In this document: positions 1 to 9,027 of the stretch, in pieces | How positions within the stretch are numbered: position 1 is the stretch's first letter | How the letters are laid out: each line of letters starts with the position of its first letter | Made by a program: the position numbers and the translations under genes | Assembly: GCA_965230915.1 (NCBI GenBank) | Contig: OZ246395.1 | Span: 600,935-664,934 of the forward strand | Source of the DNA: an uncultured Candidatus Saccharibacteria bacterium | Lineage (GTDB): Bacteria; Patescibacteriota; WWE3; 2-01-FULL-39-13 | Length of the DNA: 64,000 nt | Reading direction: 5' to 3' | The notes under the pieces: generated by a model | The model's database searches: none | The model's input: the letters and a program-made list of their open reading frames with translations, nothing else | Told to the model about the DNA's origin: nothing

Positions 1-564
1 TACAACGCTCCTTCGCATATCAACAGTAAAAAACAAGTAGTTAGCAACAGTCTTACGATACATGATGCATATTGGGTCGATAAAGACGAATATGAAAGTT
101 TAGGCACAGCAAGCCAGCAGGCATATACGATTGTTCAGCATGACAGTTTAGGATCGCTTATTGTTCACGAAGCTGCACACACCATATTTGCCAATCTATC
201 AACAGCCGAACAAATAGAGTGGATGAGAATTTATGAAAATGAGATTAAAGATAACCCTGAATTGGTTCCACTTCTAAGAAGATATAAAGATAGTGGCCAA
301 ACACCTGAGAATGAAGCATTCGCAAGACTTTACAATATGGTAGTGCGATATCCTTCAGAGGCTATGGCCCAATTTAGGGGAGCATCCGAATTCCTTAATA
401 ATTTAATTATAAATTACACCAGCGAAGAGCAGCTTCGATTGATAACTGATCAGCTGGCATCACATGTAGAACATAACCATCTTATTAATGAAATCAGAAC
501 TCGCTATGGTCCCCCGACTTCCCCTACCGGCAACACGTTAGCTAATCAAGATATACTAGGTTAG
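1..564 (+). CDS. 5'-truncated protein with C-terminal zincin-like (HExxH) metallopeptidase domain
   Basis: Frame 1 is open from base 1 into the listed 223..564 ORF. It encodes LIVHEAAH (HEAAH at 166-180) and a downstream NEAFA, a plausible third Zn-ligand motif. Confidence 0.65.
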   Translation, partial: YNAPSHINSKKQVVSNSLTIHDAYWVDKDEYESLGTASQQAYTIVQHDSLGSLIVHEAAHTIFANLSTAEQIEWMRIYENEIKDNPELVPLLRRYKDSGQTPENEAFARLYNMVVRYPSEAMAQFRGASEFLNNLIINYTSEEQLRLITDQLASHVEHNHLINEIRTRYGPPTSPTGNTLANQDILG

Positions 565-603
565 TATTGTGATTTTTATCACATACCACTCAGTATCGCT
601 AAA

Positions 604-657
604 TTAGAAAACACCACCATCAGAGAATAAATCTAACTGACGGCGGCCATTTTCTAA
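604..657 (-). terminator. Putative intrinsic terminator hairpin downstream of ileS
   Basis: Minus strand CCGCCGTCAG...CTGATGGTGG pairs fully with G-U pairs, is extended by TTAGAAAA/TTTTCTAA and is followed by T-rich sequence. It lies between convergent genes. Confidence 0.55.
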
Positions 658-679
658 GAATAGATTTTCAAAGCTAAAA

Positions 680-3565
680 CTATAAGGCTATTTTAAATTC
701 CTTTCCAACATTCATTTCTGTCACGAGTGCTTTAGATTTGATATCCTCTGAAAATTTTTCTACTGCTTTTTTGTAAAGCTCATTTTCCGGATATTCAACC
801 GTAATTTTTGCATCCCAGGCGACGTTAGTTTCCTTTCTAAGTTTCTGAATTTCGCGAATCATTTCACGAGCAGCACCTTCTATTTCTAATTCTTCGCTTA
901 CTTCTTTGTTTAAAAATGCTTCTAAATGGCCTTCTTTCGCACTAAGCCAATTTTCTCCTTTTGGCATAGTTTCTGAGAATACAATTTCCTTAATATTGAG
1001 TTCATCCTTAATAATCTCTAAAAATTCATTTGGCAGCGTCAACTTTTCGCCTTTGACATACATTTCTGATAGCGGTTGTCGCACCGGGAGCTGGTTTTTC
1101 TTGCGAATCGCGTTGCCTAATGATGCGATGGTCCTTGCACTATTCATGTACTCAACGAGGTCTTTGTTATTTTCACCCGCGTCTTTATCGTACTCAGGAT
1201 AGAAAGTTAAGTGAACAGACTCTTCTTTTTCACCATTAGTGCTATCAGGTAAAACTACTAGTTGCTGGTACATACTTTCTGCCATAAATGGAATTAATGG
1301 AGCCGCACCCTTAGCAAACCTAACAAGCACTTGATATAAAGTTCTTAAAGACTCTAGGTCTCCGGATGAAATACGTTCGCGGGATCTTCTTACATACCAG
1401 TTTGATAGATCATCAACGAACTCTTCTACTGAACGAACAGCCGGAGGTATCAAATAGCTTTCCATACTGTTAGCAAACTCTGCCAAGAATTGATCAAGTC
1501 GAACTTTAATCCATTTGTCTAAAACGTTATCCGATTTCTCGTCACCAGAATTAAATTCAAAATTATTCAGTTCAGCGTAAATTAAGAAGAATACAACAGA
1601 ATTCCAAAGTGGATTTAGAACACCACGTGATTTATTTCTAAGCTCGTTGTCATCAAAATTTGCATTCTCACCTACCATTAAAGGCGATGCCATTAGGTAA
1701 AGACGTAAAGCATCTCCACCAATACTCTCTATAAGCTGTTTTGGATCTGCATAATTGCCATAGGTTTTGCTCATTTTTCGACCATCATTACCGGCTAAAA
1801 CCCCAGTACTGACAACGTTTTTGAACGAATTAGTACCAAAAAGCGCAGTTGATAGTACATGCATTACATAAAACCATGCCCGAACTTGCCCTATATACTC
1901 GACTATATAGTCTCCAGGGAAATTCTGTTCGAACTTATCTACATTTTCATATGGATAATGCAGCTGTGCGTAAGGCATCGAACCTGCTTCAAACCAAGAA
2001 TCTAAGACATCAGGTATACGTTTGTACTCTTTTCCATCAATTGAAAACTTTATTTGATCAATATATGGTCTATGCAAGTCTTTTACTTTTTGTCCAGACA
2101 ATCTCTCAATTTCTTCGACCGATGAAACAACCTTTATATCACCATCTTCAGATTTCCAAACAGGCATTGGAGTAGCCCAAAAGCGACTTCGGGAAATTCC
2201 CCAGTCTGGAGCCTGCTCGATTCCAATAGCAAAGCGCCCTTCTTTTAAATGTGATGGAACCCAATTTATATTTTCATTCTGCTTTAAAAGGTCTGCCTTC
2301 ATGTCTTTTACATTTACGAACCATGACTTTTGTGCACGCTGAATTAAATTGGTATTACATCTATCGTGATATGGAAACCTGTGCTTAATTTTCTCTTGCT
2401 TAAACATTAACCCGCGAGAAATTAAGTCTTCCATTATGAATTTATCGGCTTTTTTATAAAACATTCCCGCGAAGGGATTCTCGCCAGCATCACCAGCAAG
2501 CATGCTTCCATCATCTGAGACGGTTAACATAATTGTTAAACCATAATGTCTACCCATATCAGTATCGACCTCACCAAAACCAGGCGCTGAATGAACAGTA
2601 CCTGTACCTTCTTCCATATTAGCCATACCTTCGAAGTCATAGACCTTAAATTCGCCTTCTTTAGACTTATAGAATGTATAAGGTGGGGTGTAATCTAAAC
2701 CAATAAGATCAGAACCCTGAATGGTTTCTAATACTTTATATTCGCGGTCGCTAAAAACATTCTCTAAACGTGCAGCCGCTACTATAAATTTCTCGCCATC
2801 GCTCTCAACTAATAAATATTCGGCTGTGCCATCAACTACTAACGCTCTATTAGAAGGAAGAGTCCATGGAGTTGTAGTCCAAGCCAATATATTTGCACTT
2901 TTAAACTTACCTTCTGTCGTTATTGGAAACTTAACAGTTACCGCTGGATCTTCGACATCTTTATATGAGTTATCCATCGCAATTTCAAAATTGGATACAG
3001 GAGTTCCACAAGTTGTACAATAGAGGGAAGTTCGTACTCCTTCATATATATATCCCTTATCATAAAGAGTTTTGAATGCCCACATAACCGACTCCATATA
3101 GGCAGTATCTGTGGTTCTATATGCATTTTTCATATCAACCCATCGGCCAATACGATCTACGTACCATTCCCACTCTCCAGAAATTCTATCGGTATAGCTA
3201 TAGCAAGCTTGTATAAATTTATCCAAACCATACTTTTCTATGTCTTTTCGATTCTCGATACCGAGTTCCTTTTGAACTTTATTTTCAACAGTTATACCTC
3301 CGGCGTCCCAGCCCCATAATCTTTCGACTTTTTTACCTTTCATTGTCCAATAACGTGGAATTATGTCTTTAGCAATTGAACCCAGGATATGGCCATAGTG
3401 AGGCAATCCCGATATAAACGGCGGCCCGTCATAAAATACGTATCTATTATCGGCAGGTCTTGAATCTATTGATTTCTCAAAAATCTTATTTTCTTTCCAG
3501 AATTTGAGAACGTCGGCCTCCATTTGAGGTATTGTTTGTTCGTTTGGCTTTTTAAATTTCGCCAT
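680..3565 (-). CDS. ileS: Isoleucine--tRNA ligase, type 2 (IleRS2)
   Basis: FYDGPPF..GLPHYGH (HIGH), WTTTPWTLPSN, GTGTVHSAPGFG, DWGISRSRFW, KMSKT (KMSKS), LSNWYVRRSR. SD AAGGAG upstream. Confidence 0.97.
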   Translation of the reverse strand: MAKFKKPNEQTIPQMEADVLKFWKENKIFEKSIDSRPADNRYVFYDGPPFISGLPHYGHILGSIAKDIIPRYWTMKGKKVERLWGWDAGGITVENKVQKELGIENRKDIEKYGLDKFIQACYSYTDRISGEWEWYVDRIGRWVDMKNAYRTTDTAYMESVMWAFKTLYDKGYIYEGVRTSLYCTTCGTPVSNFEIAMDNSYKDVEDPAVTVKFPITTEGKFKSANILAWTTTPWTLPSNRALVVDGTAEYLLVESDGEKFIVAAARLENVFSDREYKVLETIQGSDLIGLDYTPPYTFYKSKEGEFKVYDFEGMANMEEGTGTVHSAPGFGEVDTDMGRHYGLTIMLTVSDDGSMLAGDAGENPFAGMFYKKADKFIMEDLISRGLMFKQEKIKHRFPYHDRCNTNLIQRAQKSWFVNVKDMKADLLKQNENINWVPSHLKEGRFAIGIEQAPDWGISRSRFWATPMPVWKSEDGDIKVVSSVEEIERLSGQKVKDLHRPYIDQIKFSIDGKEYKRIPDVLDSWFEAGSMPYAQLHYPYENVDKFEQNFPGDYIVEYIGQVRAWFYVMHVLSTALFGTNSFKNVVSTGVLAGNDGRKMSKTYGNYADPKQLIESIGGDALRLYLMASPLMVGENANFDDNELRNKSRGVLNPLWNSVVFFLIYAELNNFEFNSGDEKSDNVLDKWIKVRLDQFLAEFANSMESYLIPPAVRSVEEFVDDLSNWYVRRSRERISSGDLESLRTLYQVLVRFAKGAAPLIPFMAESMYQQLVVLPDSTNGEKEESVHLTFYPEYDKDAGENNKDLVEYMNSARTIASLGNAIRKKNQLPVRQPLSEMYVKGEKLTLPNEFLEIIKDELNIKEIVFSETMPKGENWLSAKEGHLEAFLNKEVSEELEIEGAAREMIREIQKLRKETNVAWDAKITVEYPENELYKKAVEKFSEDIKSKALVTEMNVGKEFKIAL

Positions 3566-3586
3566 AAATCTCCTTAAAAAATAAAT

Positions 3587-3642
3587 AAAAAAAGCCCTTG
3601 CACTTCAACCAATCAAAATTAGATTGATAAAAGTACAAGGGC
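3587..3642 (-). terminator. T-box-controlled intrinsic terminator in the ileS leader
   Basis: Minus strand GCCCTTGTACTT...AAGTGCAAGGGC followed by TTTTTTT. Its 5' arm overlaps the 3' strand (GGCCCTT) of the antiterminator. Confidence 0.9.
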
Positions 3643-3794
3643 CTAAATTGCTCTACGGCGGTACCACCTTGTTTTCCCTCTTAGAAAGAGGCTTAATTAC
3701 AACGATTTCGGGCTTAACCGGAAAGTTCTACTTGCAAATCCTAAAAGGAGATCGCTTTCTTCTTTCTGCTCGCAGCTGATAACTGCTCAAACGC
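3587..3794 (-). ncRNA. Ile T-box riboswitch (ultrashort Stem I, Stem II, Stem III, antiterminator/terminator)
   Basis: Stem I GC-GTTTGA-GCAG-TTATCAG-CTGC-GA-GC (3768-3794) with AUC at 3778-3780. Stem II GAAAG-AAGAA...AAGTAGAA-CTTTC (3721-3766). Stem III 3677-3691. T-box AACAAGG-TGGTACC-GCCG (bulge 3660-3666). Confidence 0.93.
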
Positions 3795-3803
3795 AATACT
3801 ATA

Positions 3804-3832
3804 AGGATATAGGCTTAAATTAAAAGAGTCAA
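3804..3832 (-). promoter_or_regulatory. Sigma70-type promoter of the ileS leader
   Basis: TTGACT-N17-TATCCT ending about 10 nt upstream of Stem I. Confidence 0.65.
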
Positions 3833-3842
3833 ATAAAAAATA

Positions 3843-3918
3843 AAACCTGCGAAAGTTGAGAGTGGTCACCCACCGAATTGAGATGTAAACATCTCAAAAC
3901 TCAACTTCCACAGGTTTA
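3843..3918 (-). terminator. Multibranched hairpin, probable terminator downstream of 3937..4329
   Basis: Nested inverted repeats AAACCTG/CAGGTTT, AAGTTGAG/CTCAACTT, TTGAGATGT/ACATCTCAA and GTGG/CCAC, followed on the minus strand by TATTTTTTATTT. Confidence 0.55.
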
Positions 3919-3936
3919 GAACAGGAGAGCACTAGG

Positions 3937-4329
3937 CTATTTTGTGTATGTGGCAAGTATTTTCGCCAACTCGATGTCTCTCTCAGTTACGACAACCGGC
4001 AAACCAAGCCCTTCTACCAGGCTCTCATATGAGCACACGAAAAGATTACTGGTCCTCCTTTCATAGAGATGAAGTGATCGGTGCGAAGCTGGCAACTTTG
4101 TTCTCTCTGGAGTTCCGCGGTAATTGACAACCGCTTTCACACCGAAACCCTCATCGTATATGCCTTTGGTTTGCAGTGCCTCCATCATCGCGCCAAGATC
4201 TTCGTTCACGGCAATACGCTCGCCATCACCCCAATGAAAATCAATCTTATCAGGGTAAATATATACCAACCCTGTATAACGGGGCGGATTGCACTGGATC
4301 AAAACCCTTGGATAAATAATGTTTCCCAC
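3937..4329 (-). CDS. Hypothetical protein (130 aa)
   Basis: GTG start with AGAGAGGA upstream and a hairpin downstream. No recognised motif. Confidence 0.6.
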   Translation of the reverse strand: MGNIIYPRVLIQCNPPRYTGLVYIYPDKIDFHWGDGERIAVNEDLGAMMEALQTKGIYDEGFGVKAVVNYRGTPERTKLPASHRSLHLYERRTSNLFVCSYESLVEGLGLPVVVTERDIELAKILATYTK

Positions 4330-4454
4330 AGCATTTTCCTCTCTTTATGAATGGCTTGATCAAAGAAACTGGCGAAATTATAACAGATCCTACGGGCACT
4401 TCAATACTATGGGATCATGTGCCTCAAATGCAAATCTTGTTATAATTTTTATTA

Positions 4455-5690
4455 ATGCCGCATGAAATCTTATCGAAAATTAACACGCCGATACATTCCC
4501 CAATCCTAAATGCCTCACACCGAGAATCACCTGCACTCTACGCAGCTCAAACAATAAAAACTTTCGCACAAGCCTTAACTGGGCTGTTTATACCTATATT
4601 TATTTTCACCTTACCCAATATACCCAAAATTACTGGTGATGCTGTTAAGGATGGCCTCATTTTAATTCTAATATTCTATTTAATAAGGTCGATTGCAGCT
4701 CTTTCGTTCATGAACCTTATTACAAACACAATTTTTGGGTTTTTGAACTTTAGAAAATCAATATTCATAGGCAATGTATTTTTGGCAATTTCTATGACTT
4801 TTTTAATGTTTTCGCCGTACTCTTTGGCTTTTCTATTTATGGCTTCAATAACCTATGCAATTGAAACTTGTATCTATTGGATTCCCTACCATTTATTCTT
4901 CATTAGGAAAGCCTCTAACGAGTCTGGGCAGTATGGCAAGGCGTTCGGAACTCGCTTACTTTTAGCGCAAGTAGCATCGGCCGCGGGGCCAATATTGGGC
5001 GGCTTTATTATCGCTTATTTTGGATTTACAGCCCTATTCATAATCGGTACAGTTCTAATAATTTCATCGGCAATACCAATTTTGTTTTCGGTAACGGAAC
5101 ATGACCATGGAAAACACAATGCACGCCACATATTTGAAAGACTGATTAAATCACGGTCACTTAGAAACGATACAATAGCAATTGCCTCGGTAGAAGGTGA
5201 CGCCTTACTTTATAGCGTATTCTGGCCGATTTTACTTTTTACTATAGCCGAATCAATTTCTAAGATTGGAGTTATTACATCAATATCGGTAACTATTTCT
5301 TGCTTGGCTGCATTAATAATTGGGAATCTCGTAGATAAACGTGGCGGTAAATTTATTCATAAAATTGGGTGTACGATAAATAGTATTTTATATCTACCTC
5401 GTATTTTTCTAACTAGCGTTCAAGCTTTCTTTATACTGGACATTGTAGATAAACTAAATGGAATTTTATATGCGGTACCGTTTAATGCTGCTATGTACGA
5501 ACATGCAAAATACCGTATGCACGAATCAGATTTCATAATTTATAGAGTGATAATAAGCCATTTGGCCCTAGTGGTCATATCAATAATAGCAATTGGATTA
5601 ATAGTCATTCTGGCTTCATGGCAATATATATTCATTTTCATGGCTATAGTATGCCCTTTTGCCTATTATGTGAATAAAAGCTCCAAATAA
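4455..5690 (+). CDS. MFS-type transporter
   Basis: About 12 hydrophobic segments; GPILGGFI and GNLVDKRG (MFS motif A-like). Confidence 0.8.
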   Translation: MPHEILSKINTPIHSPILNASHRESPALYAAQTIKTFAQALTGLFIPIFIFTLPNIPKITGDAVKDGLILILIFYLIRSIAALSFMNLITNTIFGFLNFRKSIFIGNVFLAISMTFLMFSPYSLAFLFMASITYAIETCIYWIPYHLFFIRKASNESGQYGKAFGTRLLLAQVASAAGPILGGFIIAYFGFTALFIIGTVLIISSAIPILFSVTEHDHGKHNARHIFERLIKSRSLRNDTIAIASVEGDALLYSVFWPILLFTIAESISKIGVITSISVTISCLAALIIGNLVDKRGGKFIHKIGCTINSILYLPRIFLTSVQAFFILDIVDKLNGILYAVPFNAAMYEHAKYRMHESDFIIYRVIISHLALVVISIIAIGLIVILASWQYIFIFMAIVCPFAYYVNKSSK

Positions 5691-5694
5691 AATG

Positions 5695-6096
5695 TTAGTC
5701 TATTAAATTCATTTTCCTGAGTATTTGAACATCGGGTAAATCCTTATAAGAATCTAATTCTGTCGCCAGAACCCATTTAAATTCCGAGTGATCATTTGTA
5801 TTCAAATTTATTTGGTCAATTTCAACACCTACTAAAAATGGAACGATAATCCATCTGGCTTCGGCATCTGTAACTGAATATACATTGCCGCTTTCAAGTA
5901 TTCTACCTTTGACGCCTAGTTCCTCTTGTAGTTCTCGAAGGATTATTTCTTCGGCTGAATCTTTTGTATCAATAAAGCCAGAAATAAATTCCCACTGGCC
6001 TGGAGAGAAATTCTTAGTCTCAGCTCGCTTCGCTATTAAATACTTATTGTTATGATTAATTATTCCAAGAGTTATCGCGTATGTTTTCACACTCAA
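5695..6096 (-). CDS. NUDIX hydrolase (MutT-like)
   Basis: WEFISGFIDTKDSAEEIILRELQEELG Nudix box and EFKW. Confidence 0.88.
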   Translation of the reverse strand: MSVKTYAITLGIINHNNKYLIAKRAETKNFSPGQWEFISGFIDTKDSAEEIILRELQEELGVKGRILESGNVYSVTDAEARWIIVPFLVGVEIDQINLNTNDHSEFKWVLATELDSYKDLPDVQILRKMNLID

Positions 6097-6221
6097 TCCC
6101 CTAAAGCAGACTTAGCTTCGTAATATGGATCAAAGCTGTTAGCTCTGTAAGTTAAGTACGCACTGGCAGAAATTGCCAGTAAGCATAAAAGTCCAAATAT
6201 AACGTATTCTTTAATATTCAT
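6093..6221 (-). CDS. Small single-pass membrane protein (42 aa), not in the ORF track
   Basis: ATG at 6221 gives MNIKEYVIFGLLCLLAISASAYLTYRANSFDPYYEAKSALGD*. It starts 21 nt after the ftsZ stop, and its TGA overlaps the TTG start of the NUDIX gene (TTGA). Confidence 0.7.
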   Translation of the reverse strand: MNIKEYVIFGLLCLLAISASAYLTYRANSFDPYYEAKSALGD

Positions 6222-6242
6222 ATTTTTAGAACCAATACTTAA

Positions 6243-7601
6243 CTATTTCCTTCGTTTTATGAAGCTCCAAAGATCATTTCGGCCGGATGGTGATTCATCC
6301 TCATCTTCATCATAATCCTGAACCTGTGGTTGTGCTGGTTGAGGAGCGGGTGAAGGTGCATATGTTTGCGCAGACGAACTAGGTTTTATAGTATCTGTTT
6401 TCTGAGCATTTTGAGTTGCTTCGTATTCTGCTGCTTCTTGTTGTCTTTTTCGCTCAGCTTCTTCAGATTTTCTTATCTGCTCGCGCATTCTATCTATATC
6501 AAATTCGCCTACAGTTTCTTCATATTCAACAACTTCAATCTCTTCTACGGTTCCTGCATCGTATGTTTCGTTATCGAATCGAGTTTCTATTTGCTGTAAT
6601 ACTTCATCACTATTTGTTGAATAGCTTGGAAGCCCCACGGACCTAAAGTCTGAATCAAAACCAGTTGCTATAACAGTAACTTTAATGCCTTTAACTTCAG
6701 GATCAATGTTAGCTCCAAATATAATATTAGCAGCTTCATGGGCGGCTTCAGATACTATTTTTGCAGCTTTATTTACTTCAAACATAGAAAGTGAAGCATC
6801 TCCAACTATATTGATCAAGATACCGGTAGATCCCTTAATATCAACATCGAGTAATGGGGAATTTATTGCACGATTAGCAGCAACTTCTGCACGGTCGTCT
6901 CCATCGGCTTCACCAATTCCCATAAGCGCTGATCCAGCATTTTTCATTATTGTTTCGACATCTGCAAAGTCTACGTTAACTAGACCTGCTGATGTTATTA
7001 ATTCAGAAATTCCATCGACAGCTTGTCCAATAACTTGATCTGCGATTTTGAATGCGTCTAATAAAGATACGTTCTCGTCTACAACTTCTAGTAATTTTTC
7101 ATTTGGAATAACAATTAATGCATCTACTTTATCTTTTAATTCGCGAATTCCCTGTTCAGCCTGATTCATTCTGCGTTTCCCTTCAAAAATGAATGGCTTT
7201 GTGACGACTCCAACGGTCAAGGCGCCATTTTCTTTTGCAACTTGAGCAACAACTGGTGCTGCACCAGATCCTGTTCCTCCGCCCATACCAGCGGCAATAA
7301 AGACCATGTCTGCACCTTGAATGTGAGATTTTATTTCATTTATGGATTCTTGTGCTGCTTCGTATCCCCGTGTAGGGTCTGCACCAGAACCAAGTCCGTG
7401 TGTAGATTGAGGACCTAATTGAACTGTAACTTGTGCCGGAGTGTTTCTTAGAGCCTGTAAATCGGTATTCATTACAATAAATTCAACTCCTGCTCCTTCA
7501 CCCTGTTCGATCATCGAACCGATAGCGTTTTGACCACCACCGCCAACTCCAATAACTTTTATTTTTGCCATTGAATCTGGCTTTGCTTCTATAAAAGGCA
7601 T
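6243..7601 (-). CDS. ftsZ: Cell division protein FtsZ
   Basis: VIGVGGGGQNA, AGMGGGTGSG tubulin motif, NVDFADV, acidic linker and C-terminal peptide DLWSFIKRRK. Confidence 0.98.
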   Translation of the reverse strand: MPFIEAKPDSMAKIKVIGVGGGGQNAIGSMIEQGEGAGVEFIVMNTDLQALRNTPAQVTVQLGPQSTHGLGSGADPTRGYEAAQESINEIKSHIQGADMVFIAAGMGGGTGSGAAPVVAQVAKENGALTVGVVTKPFIFEGKRRMNQAEQGIRELKDKVDALIVIPNEKLLEVVDENVSLLDAFKIADQVIGQAVDGISELITSAGLVNVDFADVETIMKNAGSALMGIGEADGDDRAEVAANRAINSPLLDVDIKGSTGILINIVGDASLSMFEVNKAAKIVSEAAHEAANIIFGANIDPEVKGIKVTVIATGFDSDFRSVGLPSYSTNSDEVLQQIETRFDNETYDAGTVEEIEVVEYEETVGEFDIDRMREQIRKSEEAERKRQQEAAEYEATQNAQKTDTIKPSSSAQTYAPSPAPQPAQPQVQDYDEDEDESPSGRNDLWSFIKRRK

Positions 7602-7743
7602 AATTTTTTACCTGTCTATATAGGAAGATATTTTAAAAATATCTTCTATATAAAAAATTACTAGCGAATTCAGAGAATTCGCGTCTAATATTATTTATAA
7701 ACTAGAATCGAATTTACTAAAAAATTCGCTCTAATTCAATATT

Positions 7744-9015
7744 TTAAGGCAGGAAAGATTTAATAAAACTAACTACTCTGCCGCCTATTCCCCCTATATT
7801 AGCACCTCTTCTAGATGTTGTCCTTGTGTCTTCACGCATGGACTGAACAACTATTTTGAGTGCGCCAATACCAGCAGAATACGCCGGGCCTTGTATTTGT
7901 TCGACAAGGCCTGAAACGCCTGTTGGATAGCCAACGCGGACAGGAAGTTTGAATATATCACTAGCTACTTTTGTAATTCCACTTGTAAGTGCAGTTCCAC
8001 CTGTAATGACAACTCCTGCAGGTAATCGTTTATCATAACCTGCTTTTTTGATGTATATCTGAACAAATTTAAATGCTTCTTCTAATCTTCTATAAACAAT
8101 ATCATTTAACATATTTTTGGGAACTGTTTCCATTCCAATATGTAAATCGCCAACGAATAATTCGCCTTTTGGAACACGAGCTTCTTTGCCATGTTTATCC
8201 ATTAAGATGTCTCTATCGGCAAGCTCTTGTTCGGCGCTCAGTTTTAGTTTTACCCTTTCTGCATCATCAAGTAAAGAACGTAATCCAACTGCTAAATCAT
8301 TTGTAATATGTTGTCCTCCGATTGGTAAAACTGCAGAATAAGCTGGCGCACCTTCTGTATAGATTACCAGACTCATTGTGCCTCCGCCCATATCTATCAA
8401 AATGCATCCTAATTCTTTTTCTGTGTCAGTTAAAACTGATTCTGCTGATGCCAAACCTGTGTATACAAGCTGGTCGACTTCTACCCCAACCTGTTGAATA
8501 CATTTTGTGAGATTTTTTATGGCAGTTGCAGACCCATGAATAATATTCGCTTCAACTTCTAGGCGTTCTCCAGTCATGCTTGTTGGATCTGAAATACCTT
8601 TTTGTTTATCAACTATGTATTCGCGAGGAATCACATGCATAATTTCGCGTGACGAAGGAAGCGCAGTAGCACGAGCAGCTTCATTAACACGAGCAATATC
8701 ATCTGGGCTAATTTCTGAATCTGCCCCTGCAATCGCAACAACTCCATGTGAATTTAGTGATTCTATGTGGGTTCCATTTACTGTAACTGCAACACGAGAA
8801 ATTGGATGACCTGAAATCATTTCGGCCTTATTTAGAGTTTCTGCAATAGCCTCGACGGCTTTATCGATATTATTAACGACACCATCTTTAATTCCTTTTG
8901 ATGGATGAGAGTTCGCTCCAATAATGGAAATTTTCTGTTTATCCACTGCGGCAACTACACATGCTATTTTGGAAGTGCCTATATCAAGAGATACTAATAT
9001 TTGATCTTTGGGCAT
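7744..9015 (-). CDS. ftsA: Cell division protein FtsA
   Basis: LDIGTSKI, IDMGGGT, IGGQHITNDLA, VITGGTA; directly upstream of ftsZ. Confidence 0.96.
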   Translation of the reverse strand: MPKDQILVSLDIGTSKIACVVAAVDKQKISIIGANSHPSKGIKDGVVNNIDKAVEAIAETLNKAEMISGHPISRVAVTVNGTHIESLNSHGVVAIAGADSEISPDDIARVNEAARATALPSSREIMHVIPREYIVDKQKGISDPTSMTGERLEVEANIIHGSATAIKNLTKCIQQVGVEVDQLVYTGLASAESVLTDTEKELGCILIDMGGGTMSLVIYTEGAPAYSAVLPIGGQHITNDLAVGLRSLLDDAERVKLKLSAEQELADRDILMDKHGKEARVPKGELFVGDLHIGMETVPKNMLNDIVYRRLEEAFKFVQIYIKKAGYDKRLPAGVVITGGTALTSGITKVASDIFKLPVRVGYPTGVSGLVEQIQGPAYSAGIGALKIVVQSMREDTRTTSRRGANIGGIGGRVVSFIKSFLP

Positions 9016-9027
9016 TTTGCTTATTCC

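Noticed and set aside
906-3126. Short ORFs overlapping ileS, and similar shadow ORFs over ftsZ, ftsA, murG, ftsI, glyQS and the GT genes
   Set aside because: Antisense or out-of-frame shadows of well-supported genes, with no motifs or start signals.
3395-3412. Possible altered HIGH motif in IleRS (hyper-resistant variant)
   Set aside because: The motif reads HYGH, the ordinary type-2 IleRS form.
3748-3753. Second ATC in the ileS leader as an alternative specifier
   Set aside because: It lies within the Stem II helix. The apical-loop AUC at 3778-3780 fits the ultrashort Stem I model.
6290-6560. Low-complexity Pro/Gln/Glu stretch in ftsZ as a repeat element
   Set aside because: This is the normal disordered FtsZ linker; there is no exact DNA tandem repeat.
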